Shown here piece by piece: positions 30,174 to 39,796 of a stretch of DNA of 64,000 bases. Position 1 is the first letter of the stretch. Every line of letters starts with the position of its first letter. The translations under genes were made by a program, and so were the position numbers. This DNA is from a virus, in the IMG/VR virus record IMGVR_UViG_3300045988_080644. One strand, 5' to 3'. The notes under the pieces are model-generated. The model ran no database searches, was not told where the DNA came from, and saw only the letters and a list, made by a program, of their open reading frames with translations.

Positions 30174-30976
30174 TATATATCTTCCCTTTTAGTTTTAAAC
30201 ACATGCTCTGTATGAGTAGAAGTAAATCCTGGATTATACTGCAATTTCTGAATACCAAGTACTTTATTATACATCACATTAGGAAAAGAATCCAACATAG
30301 AGTTCTGCTGTCTTACTGTTTCCATACATGCTTCTTCTAACTTGTAATACTCTTCTCGTTGTCCATTTACAAACCCAGATAAATCACCATAAAATTTAGT
30401 AAATTCAGAATAAGGAATATTTTGATTCTCTTGAAGCCATTTCCAAGTAACTTGTGCTCCATCATGTCTTCCTTCCATAATCATATTAGTGACTTCTAAG
30501 AAAGTATTCTTGTTTAATTCACAAATTTCATACTTCTGAAGATACACTTTCCATAATTTATCGAAGAACATTTTACGAGCATACTGTTGCTTGTCTAGCT
30601 GATTGGTATATTCAATATTCTTATTATACAATTTTATTATAGCACCAATAGGACTTATAAACCAACACAATATAATAATTCCAGGAATTACAATCCACTT
30701 TTTCTTAATATTTACATTTGAATAGTCTTCCCTCTCATTACCAAATGTACATATAGCAGTTATAGCTAAAACAAAGGTCGCGATAAATAAAATCCACTGA
30801 ATAATACAATGACAGAAACCCATTCTTATAGCGTTAGGGGAACCCTCTAAGGTTAATGGACCTTTATCACTAATTATATCATCTAATATCTGTGTATTCC
30901 ACAAATATAAAAACAGGATAGCACATATAATAGATGCACCTAAAAATAATAAACCATGCTTAATATTATTCTTCAT
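30173..30976 (-). CDS. membrane protein, unknown function
   Basis: Three or four N-terminal TM helices followed by a soluble domain; 1-nt overlap with the ACP gene. Confidence 0.6.
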   Translation of the reverse strand: MKNNIKHGLLFLGASIICAILFLYLWNTQILDDIISDKGPLTLEGSPNAIRMGFCHCIIQWILFIATFVLAITAICTFGNEREDYSNVNIKKKWIVIPGIIILCWFISPIGAIIKLYNKNIEYTNQLDKQQYARKMFFDKLWKVYLQKYEICELNKNTFLEVTNMIMEGRHDGAQVTWKWLQENQNIPYSEFTKFYGDLSGFVNGQREEYYKLEEACMETVRQQNSMLDSFPNVMYNKVLGIQKLQYNPGFTSTHTEHVFKTKREDI

Positions 30977-31307
30977 ATTATTTAATTAAAAATTTATTAA
31001 ACTTATCGTGAAGAGGTTGAAATTCCTTTCTAAGTTCTACTAGTTCTCCCATTTCTTCTATAGAACTAACATCACTTAGTTTAATGTTATTAATCATATT
31101 CAAAGCATCTCTAAGACGACATTGAATACCTTTTATTAAAGTGTCATTTACCATAATTAAGATTCTATAAAGACTATTACAATTAAAAAGATAAGTACAA
31201 TAAGTGCTGTCGTTTTACAAAACTCAACGAGTTCCATATTCTGTACGGCAAGTATACTTTCTATTATACCAAATAGCAATAAAACACTGCTTCTTATTAT
31301 AAGTTTT

Positions 31308-31619
31308 TTAATCATCACCTAATAAACCTAATTTCTCTAATTTGGGGGTATCATCAATATGTATCTCCAATGGGTACTCCACATCTTTGATGTCTCTCAT
31401 AAATTCCATATGTATAGCTCCATAATAAGCATCTGAATAAGCTTTTCGTAAAAGTCTTAAAAATAAATCAGTAGATAAAGTAATAGTACCATTAACTTCT
31501 TCTAACCCTTCTAAATACTTACGACACCATTCATATGATGCAACTTTAGATAAGGGCTGTGAAGTACACATAGCAAAACCATCAAAATCAGGACATTTTG
31601 GACAATTTAATTTAGCCAT
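31308..31619 (-). CDS. hypothetical protein
   Basis: ORF track. Confidence 0.55.
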   Translation of the reverse strand: MAKLNCPKCPDFDGFAMCTSQPLSKVASYEWCRKYLEGLEEVNGTITLSTDLFLRLLRKAYSDAYYGAIHMEFMRDIKDVEYPLEIHIDDTPKLEKLGLLGDD

Positions 31620-31626
31620 AATTAAT

Positions 31627-32010
31627 TTATTTAAGAATCTTAACCTTTACATGTCTTATACTAATTCTTTTAGAGTTTTTGGGGTGTATCAATATATCGA
31701 CTCTATGTTTAAATCGTTTATTAGTAACATCCCTAACTTCATACACTCCAAATCCCTCTATAAACACCTTTTTAGGCTTATTCTTTGGAAATAAATAAAG
31801 TAAATCGCGGGAAACTGCACACCACTTAATGTGACCCCTTTTCAAATGACGTAAATTAATTTTAGAACCATCAGCTGTAACTAATGGTTTACTGTCACAT
31901 TGACTCTTTACAGGTTGATAACAAGTAAGAGTTACATGAGTAGTTGTTTGGCAGAAAGCCCCACTCATGAAGCTTAATAATAATAAAAATATTAATATCT
32001 GTTTCCTCAT
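31627..32010 (-). CDS. secreted 3D/DPBB-domain (MltA/RlpA-like) protein
   Basis: Signal peptide; VTADGSKI...CAVSRDLL...IEGFGVYEVRDV...RVDILI resembles the 3D-domain pattern. Confidence 0.5.
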   Translation of the reverse strand: MRKQILIFLLLLSFMSGAFCQTTTHVTLTCYQPVKSQCDSKPLVTADGSKINLRHLKRGHIKWCAVSRDLLYLFPKNKPKKVFIEGFGVYEVRDVTNKRFKHRVDILIHPKNSKRISIRHVKVKILK

Positions 32011-33159
32011 TTAATATATCTGATTAAACTTACCTGAAGCATTCGTAGAATACCCAGATTTAATTATATAAATAATAAAATGGTTATAACAAGTTACAAT
32101 ATATCCCTTCTTAGCATTTATATAGAATATAGGACGGTCATCAAATTCATCACCTATTTTAAGATACTTTATTTCTTTATTTACACTTACAGAATCTGTA
32201 CGAATATAAGCACCTGCCATAGTGATTTGAGCATCCCGTTCCTCTTCAGTTAATTTAGAAGGGGACTTTCTTTCTATTTTACGAGTTACTTCACGACTTC
32301 TAATTATTTTCTCAAATAACTGCTCATTAATATTCTGAACATTACTAAGAGAACCAGACTCTAACTCTATAGACTCTACTAAATAAGTAAAATCAGAGAA
32401 CTCAAGATTAAAATTCTTACGGATTAAATCTATTTTGTCAACACCATGAATATTAACTTCCTGAGCGAGAGCCTTAACTAAATCAACAGTAACTATTTGC
32501 ATCTGTCTAATTAAATCCAGTACTGGTTCTATTGCATCTTTGTCAATTAAAATATCATTAAGTAACTCAAGTGTGGTTTCTTCAGGTAAATTGCCAAAAG
32601 AACGTACATATCTAATACGTGATGGACGACCTAATAAATTATTATTAATTTCTAACTCATTAGTGGTAAGTAGGAATATTTTACGATATTGTGAGTTGTG
32701 CACACCATCCATAAAAGAAAGCACTAATGAGGATTCCCTAAATTCTTTTTCGTATTCATCAAAGAAGAAAATACAATCAAAGTTAATTTGAGTAGCTAAG
32801 AATTTAAGCATGTCATCTACTTCCTTACAGGATTTAACAATAATAACTGGAAGTCCAATACGATTACAAAGCTCTTCTGCAGTTACTGTCTTACCTGTTC
32901 CCTTGATTCCATTAAATAATACGCCTAAATTACCAGTAGTATTATTGTAAGTCTTTATAAAATGATCAATAAACTTGTTATTAATACCATATAATTTGTA
33001 ATTAAATACAAAAGAATCTCCAAGTCTATTTAAATAATAACCTGTCATTGATTCTTTAACTTCATAAATTCCTTTAGGTAATCCTTCAGGATGTGCTTTT
33101 GTTGTGGCACTACCCTTTATAAAAGTATTACCGTCTTGAATCCAAATGTTTTGTTCCAT
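32011..33159 (-). CDS. AAA+ ATPase
   Basis: Walker A GIKGTGKT and Walker B IFFFDEYE. Confidence 0.7.
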   Translation of the reverse strand: MEQNIWIQDGNTFIKGSATTKAHPEGLPKGIYEVKESMTGYYLNRLGDSFVFNYKLYGINNKFIDHFIKTYNNTTGNLGVLFNGIKGTGKTVTAEELCNRIGLPVIIVKSCKEVDDMLKFLATQINFDCIFFFDEYEKEFRESSLVLSFMDGVHNSQYRKIFLLTTNELEINNNLLGRPSRIRYVRSFGNLPEETTLELLNDILIDKDAIEPVLDLIRQMQIVTVDLVKALAQEVNIHGVDKIDLIRKNFNLEFSDFTYLVESIELESGSLSNVQNINEQLFEKIIRSREVTRKIERKSPSKLTEEERDAQITMAGAYIRTDSVSVNKEIKYLKIGDEFDDRPIFYINAKKGYIVTCYNHFIIYIIKSGYSTNASGKFNQIY

Positions 33160-33180
33160 AATTAACTAAATTATTTAAAA

Positions 33181-33414
33181 TTATTTAATTGTTTCACCTA
33201 CTCTGTAATCGTCCCCATCACACACACGAATAGTTTTAATCTCATATCGATTAATTTTCTTATTATACATTCGTATCTTGAAAGTATAATGCTCTATATG
33301 TATTGTTTTTGATATTATTACCCCTCCCTTATAATTCAATATAGAATCTTTATATTGAACTGGAGGACCACAAGATACTAATAAAGATAAAATTACTAAT
33401 ACTATTACTTTCAT
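33181..33414 (-). CDS. small lipoprotein
   Basis: MKVIVLVILSLLVSC lipobox; start set at ATG 33414. Confidence 0.55.
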   Translation of the reverse strand: MKVIVLVILSLLVSCGPPVQYKDSILNYKGGVIISKTIHIEHYTFKIRMYNKKINRYEIKTIRVCDGDDYRVGETIK

Positions 33415-33425
33415 AATAATTAAAC

Positions 33426-33460
33426 ACAAAAATCCCTGAACTAAATAAATAGTCCAGGGA
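33426..33460 (-). terminator. rho-independent terminator
   Basis: Minus-strand hairpin TCCCTGGAC...GTTCAGGGA followed by TTTTTGTG. Confidence 0.6.
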
Positions 33461-33498
33461 TTAAAATAACGTTAAATAATAAAAACAGTTCTATGAAC

Positions 33499-33831
33499 TG
33501 GTGGAGCTAGACGGTACTGCCCCGTCGTCTTGCCTATTTGCATCAAAACGTTCTTACAGCATAGGTTTTAAAGACTTTCCTTGTCTTAGGGTTGACAAGA
33601 TTAACATTGTCAACTTCCACCACTCTGTTCCTAAAGTATACAGAGAACTTATAAGAAATGAAAGAATAGTGCACCTTTCTGTTCCTAAGCAAGTGCTGCT
33701 CGGCTTCTCAGGCTGCAATAGCGTAAGAAGCGGAAGTGTTATTTACTTCGCCAATTAATTTTTTACTTGTCTATCCAAGTTGTCTTGCTGTGTTTCTTAT
33801 CTCCTAGACAATCAAATACTAGTTTAGCCCC
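33499..33831 (-). ncRNA. ssrA: tmRNA (ssrA), one-piece
   Basis: 5' GGGGCTA pairs with 3' TAGCTCC (including G3-U70), followed by an encoded ACCA. The 3' end AGCTCCACCA is identical to the E. coli tmRNA terminus. Internal tag frame GGC GAA GTA AAT AAC ACT TCC GCT TCT TAC GCT ATT GCA GCC TGA gives GEVNNTSASYAIAA*. A hairpin plus T-run follows directly. Confidence 0.8.
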
Positions 33832-33962
33832 ATACTTAAAAGAGTCCTAAATTAGAACTCTTTAATATCTTCTGATTCTTCGGCTATATGGAAAACCCAT
33901 ATCGTACCAATCATCTGGATCTATTCTATCTTCATTACCCATAATTTAAAACTTAATTAATG

Positions 33963-34292
33963 TTAAAAACTAAATTGAATATCTCTATTGACATCTAATA
34001 ATCCTCCTTGCCAATTAGATTGAATATCCATACTGAACCATGTACCATATTTAGTTCTTGCAAACCAAATAAGATGATTGTCGTACTTAGGAATATAACA
34101 ACCTATAAAATAGTCAGTATCTCCATTCCATATCCAACTACAGTTAAGAGCACTATTTATTAAATGTATCTTTAGATGTATATCAGCCCTATTAAAAGGA
34201 ATTACTTTCTTTACATAAGCTTTATATAATCTACTTGGCGAACATTTACCATCGTCAAAGAAATTATAAATCTGTCTCTTTTTCGGAATCAT
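33963..34292 (-). CDS. hypothetical protein
   Basis: ORF track. Confidence 0.6.
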   Translation of the reverse strand: MIPKKRQIYNFFDDGKCSPSRLYKAYVKKVIPFNRADIHLKIHLINSALNCSWIWNGDTDYFIGCYIPKYDNHLIWFARTKYGTWFSMDIQSNWQGGLLDVNRDIQFSF

Positions 34293-34986
34293 TAATCATA
34301 TACTGTCTTAATATATTTTCATTAACTGTACCATCATTTTCTCTAGTGAGATTGTCTAATAGTTCCAAATCAAATTTTTCTTTTCGAAATTTAAAACATT
34401 GTCTTAATATAGCTTCATTAACTATATTCTCATTTTCTCTTGCAAGTTTATCTAATAACTCTAGATTAAATTCTTCCTTTTGAAACTTAAATTGAATCCA
34501 ATTAGGTTCAAATTCTCTGTAATCTAGATGAGACAGAGGTTCATCTGTATTTAATACATATTTAACTAGTCTAGTTAAACGTTCTCCAGCTAGTTTAGAT
34601 ACCACAAAACCAGATAAATCATAACCTACACCTCTACTTCTCCAATATTCACCAACTTCAGGTTTAGAATCCGGAGCAACATAGAACATTTTATAATAAT
34701 CTGAAGACTCTAAAGTTACATAAGTACCTAACTGACTACTACAACATATACCTAAACCAATATTAGAATACAAATTATTATCACGCTCTAATGTAAGAAA
34801 TACTGGAACTTTATAAGGGTCTAAATTATTAATCTCACAATGATGCAATGCAGTATGTGCATACTCAAGTAATTTAGACACTGATATAGTACTTAGTTTA
34901 GTATCTTCTTCACTTTTGTTCTCTTTAATGGCAGCATCAGAACATCTAGTGTGCCAATTTTTCCATTTATCTCCTTCTAAATACAT
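34264..34986 (-). CDS. hypothetical protein with two C-terminal ~30-aa tandem repeats
   Basis: Repeat EFNLELLDKLARENENIVNEAILRQ / KFDLELLDNLTRENDGTVNENILRQ. Confidence 0.6.
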   Translation of the reverse strand: MYLEGDKWKNWHTRCSDAAIKENKSEEDTKLSTISVSKLLEYAHTALHHCEINNLDPYKVPVFLTLERDNNLYSNIGLGICCSSQLGTYVTLESSDYYKMFYVAPDSKPEVGEYWRSRGVGYDLSGFVVSKLAGERLTRLVKYVLNTDEPLSHLDYREFEPNWIQFKFQKEEFNLELLDKLARENENIVNEAILRQCFKFRKEKFDLELLDNLTRENDGTVNENILRQYMINDSEKETDL

Positions 34987-35095
34987 AGCAATTAACTTAT
35001 ATAATACAATAAAAAAGTCATAGAAACAATTAATATTCCTATCATAATAAAGAATAGAATTACAAATTGAATATCTGCATTCATATTATAAATAC

Positions 35096-35305
35096 TTAAT
35101 CACCTCCAGGCAGGCTATCTAAATACTGAGGAATAGTTACTTCTGTATTATTCTTCTCTTTTTCAAGTTGCTGAATAGCATTTGACTGTCTATCTACAAT
35201 TATTTGCAATTCCAGAATTTTTGCTTTCTGATAATAGTAGTTAGGAACTGACCAAGCTAAAACAATTATAAAACAAATTGTTGGTAATATCCAAAGTTTA
35301 TTCAT
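35096..35305 (-). CDS. small membrane-anchored protein
   Basis: N-terminal TM helix. Confidence 0.5.
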   Translation of the reverse strand: MNKLWILPTICFIIVLAWSVPNYYYQKAKILELQIIVDRQSNAIQQLEKEKNNTEVTIPQYLDSLPGGD

Positions 35306-35326
35306 ATTTTTTTATTTTTTTTATTT

Positions 35327-35566
35327 TTAACCCCAAATTACATAAACTCCATGTTCACCCTTATAACGAAGACTAATCTCAAATCCTAACTCTTTAAGGT
35401 AATTATAATATTTGTCAACATTAGTTGGCGGAAGTATAGAACCAATCCAAGCTGCATAATTACCTTTACTAGCTTCTTTAATTATAGCAAAGTTTATTTG
35501 ATCTAATATATGCGGGTCTAATACAGCAGACCTAGATATAGTCTTTGCTTCTGTTGCTTTAATCAT
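35327..35566 (-). CDS. hypothetical protein
   Basis: ORF track. Confidence 0.55.
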   Translation of the reverse strand: MIKATEAKTISRSAVLDPHILDQINFAIIKEASKGNYAAWIGSILPPTNVDKYYNYLKELGFEISLRYKGEHGVYVIWG

Positions 35567-35967
35567 AACTTTTTAATTTTTAAACTAGCATCTTTAAACC
35601 ATATATTAAGTCTATCTATGGCACTTTCCCATTCAGATTGAGAGCAGATTTTATAATATTTTAAAAAGTTAGTATTACCTGCATTAAATTGGTATATACC
35701 TATACATTTACCACCAGGAGTGATTTTAGTTACAGTATATCCAGTACCATCATTGATAACTACTTTTAGATAAGATGTGTTATCTTTATAGTAAGGATGT
35801 TCTCTAAGAGCGCAATTATTAACTTGTATCTTTTTAGCTCTTATGTTACTTACTATTTCTCCTATAGTATTCTCTAAATTGTCTCTTTGACTTAGAAACT
35901 TTATTTTGAGTTTTTCCAAGTCCTCAATAGACATTTCCGAATAGTTATTTATATTTTCTGTTTCCAT
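35563..35967 (-). CDS. hypothetical protein (coiled-coil N-terminus family)
   Basis: ORF track; 4-nt overlap. Confidence 0.55.
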   Translation of the reverse strand: METENINNYSEMSIEDLEKLKIKFLSQRDNLENTIGEIVSNIRAKKIQVNNCALREHPYYKDNTSYLKVVINDGTGYTVTKITPGGKCIGIYQFNAGNTNFLKYYKICSQSEWESAIDRLNIWFKDASLKIKKL

Positions 35968-35969
35968 AA

Positions 35970-36266
35970 CTATAATTTTTTTAATATTTTTACATTTTTA
36001 ATTAATGGTTCGCCATCAGTACCAGTTTCATCTAACAAATCACCAGTTACTAGATATTTATTGCCAGTAAAGTATTTTACATTATATATAAAATCATTAA
36101 ATGCCATCTCATTTGTTGGAAATGGAAGAACGGGAGAGTATGTTCCATTTATATTTTTATGAGCTTCATAAACTGAAACTCCAGGTTCTTCTCCAACTTT
36201 TTCGTTGCATTTCCAAATACATGATTTCTCATTTTTAGGTATTTCACCAAATCTATAGAATATCAT
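35970..36266 (-). CDS. hypothetical protein
   Basis: ORF track. Confidence 0.55.
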   Translation of the reverse strand: MIFYRFGEIPKNEKSCIWKCNEKVGEEPGVSVYEAHKNINGTYSPVLPFPTNEMAFNDFIYNVKYFTGNKYLVTGDLLDETGTDGEPLIKNVKILKKL

Positions 36267-36404
36267 TTAGTTTTTCCTTAACATTCTTATACTCTTCTAT
36301 GAAATACATAACTAGAGAAACAATACTTACTATAGCAGCTGCCACACAAATAACTGCTATCAAAATCATTATAGTTAATAAAATAACATCCATAGTTATT
36401 TTGT

Positions 36405-36596
36405 TTAATTCTCTTTAAGTTCTACTGGCTCATCATTCCAAGATAGTTCCCTTCCGATGAGTTTCTTAATGCTACCTTGTGGTATTTCTATGCATTTGCA
36501 AGAACCATAATCGTCTCTCCAGCTATATACAGCTTTGTGAGGCTCTGTTTCAAATATAAGTTCCGTACCGAAACTATTAACACATACCCATGCCAT
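36405..36596 (-). CDS. hypothetical protein
   Basis: ORF track. Confidence 0.5.
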   Translation of the reverse strand: MAWVCVNSFGTELIFETEPHKAVYSWRDDYGSCKCIEIPQGSIKKLIGRELSWNDEPVELKEN

Positions 36597-36598
36597 AA

Positions 36599-36946
36599 CT
36601 ATTCCTCCAATTTTTTAATTAATAAATTACTTTTCTTATCAAATAGTTTATAACCACTACGGAGATACCAATCCAGAACAAATCTATCAGATTCCTCTTC
36701 AACAAAGTGTAATCCGATGGTTTTTACTCCATTCAACTTAGCCTGTTGTTCTGCAAGTTGTAATAGGCTTTTTGCGACACCCTTTCTTCTATAATTATTA
36801 TCTACAAAGAGTGCATATATTAGAGCATCGGCTTTGCCAAAAATATCACTAACATATAATGGAATAAATATTTGAACCGAACTGAGATTTTCTTCATCGG
36901 TTATTAAAATTCTGATTTCATCCTTCCATGTCTGCTTTTGTATCAT
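36599..36946 (-). CDS. GNAT-family N-acetyltransferase
   Basis: Motif A LFVDNNYRRKGVAKSLLQLAEQQAK (R-x-x-G-x-A). Confidence 0.7.
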   Translation of the reverse strand: MIQKQTWKDEIRILITDEENLSSVQIFIPLYVSDIFGKADALIYALFVDNNYRRKGVAKSLLQLAEQQAKLNGVKTIGLHFVEEESDRFVLDWYLRSGYKLFDKKSNLLIKKLEE

Positions 36947-37286
36947 CCTCTAACTTTTTAAATTGATTTTTATAAAAGTCTGGAACTCTATTGACTCCCC
37001 ACCAAGAACCTCCTTCATCACCACAAGACACTATCCATACTGGTTCTTTAGTATCTTTATCTCGGCAATAAACCATACCACGAACTTTATCATACATAAA
37101 GATTGATTCTAGCTCAAAGTCTAAGTCTTCTAGAGTAGTATAGACTTTGCAAGAAAATACGTCTCTTTCTTCATTATAGAACCTAGCAGAAGATTCTTCA
37201 TCATTCATTAGGTCTATTTTAAGTATTTCTAAGTTATAGTATTCAACAACTTCTAGAAGTGACTTTTTAACATTTATTTTACACAT
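36918..37286 (-). CDS. hypothetical protein
   Basis: ORF track. Confidence 0.55.
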   Translation of the reverse strand: MCKINVKKSLLEVVEYYNLEILKIDLMNDEESSARFYNEERDVFSCKVYTTLEDLDFELESIFMYDKVRGMVYCRDKDTKEPVWIVSCGDEGGSWWGVNRVPDFYKNQFKKLEDDTKADMEG

Positions 37287-37425
37287 TATTCATCCTCCAA
37301 TTCTTCTTTAATGTTGTCTAACCACATAAGAATGACATCAATATTAACATAAGTGGTATGTTTTTCTTTACACTTTCTTAAAAGATTTCTCCTTTTAATG
37401 ATTTCATTGATTGCAGTTACTTTAC

Positions 37426-37845
37426 TCATTGCTTATCTCCTTCCTTTAGGAATAAATCATCAATATAAAGCCATCCCTTAAAATTTCTTTTAAAATCTTT
37501 AGGACTCATATCATCACATACCCATCCTTCTGGATTACGGAAATATACACATAATTCCGTACTTTCATTTTTAAACTTAACCAAACATGTAACACAACAT
37601 TCTCCTTGCTTAATGTTTGGCTCTTCACTAGCAGGATGCCATAAATTCTTCAAGAACTCATTGATAGCCCACTTAGCACCGGCCTTAAAAGCAAGAAGTT
37701 TATTTATATTATAAGAATATCCACAATTATCTTGACTATATTCATTTGCAACAGTTTCTATTTTCTTATCATCTATCATATTTTTAAGTTTTATAGTGAC
37801 CTCCACGACCAGTATTGTTCTGGGGCTAAGAAGGTATATGGGCAT
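37426..37845 (-). CDS. hypothetical protein
   Basis: ORF track; alternative start ATG at 37779. Confidence 0.5.
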   Translation of the reverse strand: MPIYLLSPRTILVVEVTIKLKNMIDDKKIETVANEYSQDNCGYSYNINKLLAFKAGAKWAINEFLKNLWHPASEEPNIKQGECCVTCLVKFKNESTELCVYFRNPEGWVCDDMSPKDFKRNFKGWLYIDDLFLKEGDKQ

Positions 37846-37890
37846 AAAGCCTTAACTTACTTTCGCTCATTCTGTGTCGTGGAAGTTGTA

Positions 37891-38601
37891 TTATTCAAAA
37901 TTATCTGTCGTACCTAGAAGATGTTCATTACCTTCGTAAGGAATACAATACTTACGACTAAATCCGATACACCGAAAAGGATATTGTGATTCTTCTCTAT
38001 AATGAGAAAAGAGGTCAGCTTCCCATACATCATCTTTCTCATTTCGTCCCAATACTTTATCGAATGTCTTAAACTCACACTTAGGCTTTTCAATCTCCAA
38101 AGTTTCAAGATTGGGCTTGCCATCCAAACGCTTCTCTATGGTGTTAATGTAGGTCTGAGCAATATCCTTATCTTCAAGGGAATATCTTTCAGTTGTGCAT
38201 AAGAATTCTTCGTAATATACGATTTTATTCTTATCTTCACTGTTAAGGTAATGCTTACAATAAAAACTTGTATAAGTATCATCGTACCATTTGTCAAAGA
38301 TAACCTCTGTGCCACCATCATTACTTATCAGTACATCACCTTTTTCCCATTGGAACTTAGACCAATCACGCATTTCCTTAGATGGGAAGATAATACATTC
38401 TCCGCCATCATACATATTACCAAATTTAATTAAGGTACATTCTCCAGATTGTGTTAAACCAAATTTTGAAGTACAGAAGTTTATTTTAAAAATTTCATCT
38501 GTTACTGCTTCAGAACTACATTTACCATGAATCATAGAATACAATTTAGTACCCCTTGGTTTATTCTTCAAGATTTCTGCTATATTAAGTTTCTGTTCCA
38601 T
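37891..38601 (-). CDS. hypothetical protein
   Basis: ORF track; the longest of several overlapping frames. Confidence 0.6.
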   Translation of the reverse strand: MEQKLNIAEILKNKPRGTKLYSMIHGKCSSEAVTDEIFKINFCTSKFGLTQSGECTLIKFGNMYDGGECIIFPSKEMRDWSKFQWEKGDVLISNDGGTEVIFDKWYDDTYTSFYCKHYLNSEDKNKIVYYEEFLCTTERYSLEDKDIAQTYINTIEKRLDGKPNLETLEIEKPKCEFKTFDKVLGRNEKDDVWEADLFSHYREESQYPFRCIGFSRKYCIPYEGNEHLLGTTDNFE

Positions 38602-38760
38602 AATCTACTTAATTTTAATAAAACATATTGTATATTATATCTTCATATTTAAGTTTATCTATTACTTTATTCAAGTAATCGATAGCCACTTTACAATCAG
38701 GTCTAAATTTTTTTATCTCAGAAACTAGTTGCTCTAAATCTGATAATCTAGTATTCATAA

Positions 38761-39159
38761 TTAGCTATTAACACTAGTTACAATAGAGTTATAAACTGTA
38801 TTCCAATTAGATCCTATCCTATCTCCTAAGTCTGGGTCTTGAATATCTTTCATTACAGCAAGATAAGCATTCTTAAACTGTTTTGATGTAATCTTTTTCC
38901 AGCCTTGAATGTAAAGTAGACAAGAATTTTCTCTGCAAATAGAGAAATTGTCTAAACATATATAATATACGTAATTACCTTGTATTGAAACAATTTTTAT
39001 TAAATTATCTTGTCTTGTATCTAAGTAACATTCACCAACAGTAAACTTAGAAAGTTTATCTTGATTTTCTAATGCTGTAATTTTATTATAGAGATTATTT
39101 TTTTCTTCTTGTAATTTCTTATATTTATTTTTTAGCTCTTCTAATGTTTCCATAATCAA
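38761..39159 (-). CDS. hypothetical protein (coiled-coil N-terminus family)
   Basis: ORF track. Confidence 0.55.
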   Translation of the reverse strand: MIMETLEELKNKYKKLQEEKNNLYNKITALENQDKLSKFTVGECYLDTRQDNLIKIVSIQGNYVYYICLDNFSICRENSCLLYIQGWKKITSKQFKNAYLAVMKDIQDPDLGDRIGSNWNTVYNSIVTSVNS

Positions 39160-39776
39160 TTTTTATAAATGGCATCAAGAATATCTCTAAAATTAGGATT
39201 ATCTATTACTGCTTGAGCATCTTTTTTATTTTTAAAATAGATGTTATTAGAAATAGTCGTCCAATTATGATCTACTTTATAGATATCGCCGTTATATATA
39301 ATAAAATATTTATATTCATTTTGATCACTCCAGTTTGGCTTCCAATCCCCATTATAATATTTAGCAATATTCATTAGTCTACTTAAAGTAACTAACTTAG
39401 AGGCATTGCTTTCATTGATAATTATACTCTTACAATTCTTGTCTAGCTTTAAGGTATCTTCAACATCTTCATAAGTAATAGTACTCTGCTTAAATCTAAC
39501 TATACCTTTAGCTAAATCACTATTTTCTAAATCTATCTCCATTCCTTCAGGAATATCAATAGTTAATTGATTATTCTTTATTTCCATATTATTTATTTCT
39601 TTAAATATTACATTAGTTTTATCAGTTCTTTTAGTATAATCACAAGGACCTAAAAGTTCATTAACTAAGTCACAACAACCATTCTTTATAAAAGCACAAC
39701 CCTTACATGAAAAACCTTTTACTACCTGATAAATTTTACCATTATAAGTAAATATTTCACCTAATTTTCTTTCCAT
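39156..39776 (-). CDS. hypothetical protein (N-terminal Cys cluster)
   Basis: ORF track; CKGCAFIKNGCCDL...C motif. Confidence 0.55.
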   Translation of the reverse strand: MERKLGEIFTYNGKIYQVVKGFSCKGCAFIKNGCCDLVNELLGPCDYTKRTDKTNVIFKEINNMEIKNNQLTIDIPEGMEIDLENSDLAKGIVRFKQSTITYEDVEDTLKLDKNCKSIIINESNASKLVTLSRLMNIAKYYNGDWKPNWSDQNEYKYFIIYNGDIYKVDHNWTTISNNIYFKNKKDAQAVIDNPNFRDILDAIYKN

Positions 39777-39796
39777 AATTCTTTTGTATCATATGC

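Noticed and set aside
33501-33758. Plus-strand 85-aa ORF from the ORF track
   Set aside because: It lies antisense inside the tmRNA gene and has a non-ATG start and odd composition. The region is better explained by the tmRNA, given its acceptor pairing, encoded CCA and tag frame.
33499-33831. RNase P RNA (GGAAAGTC and ACAGAA strings seen in this region)
   Set aside because: The two strings occur in the wrong order for the P4 helix on either strand, and the region is fully accounted for by the tmRNA model.
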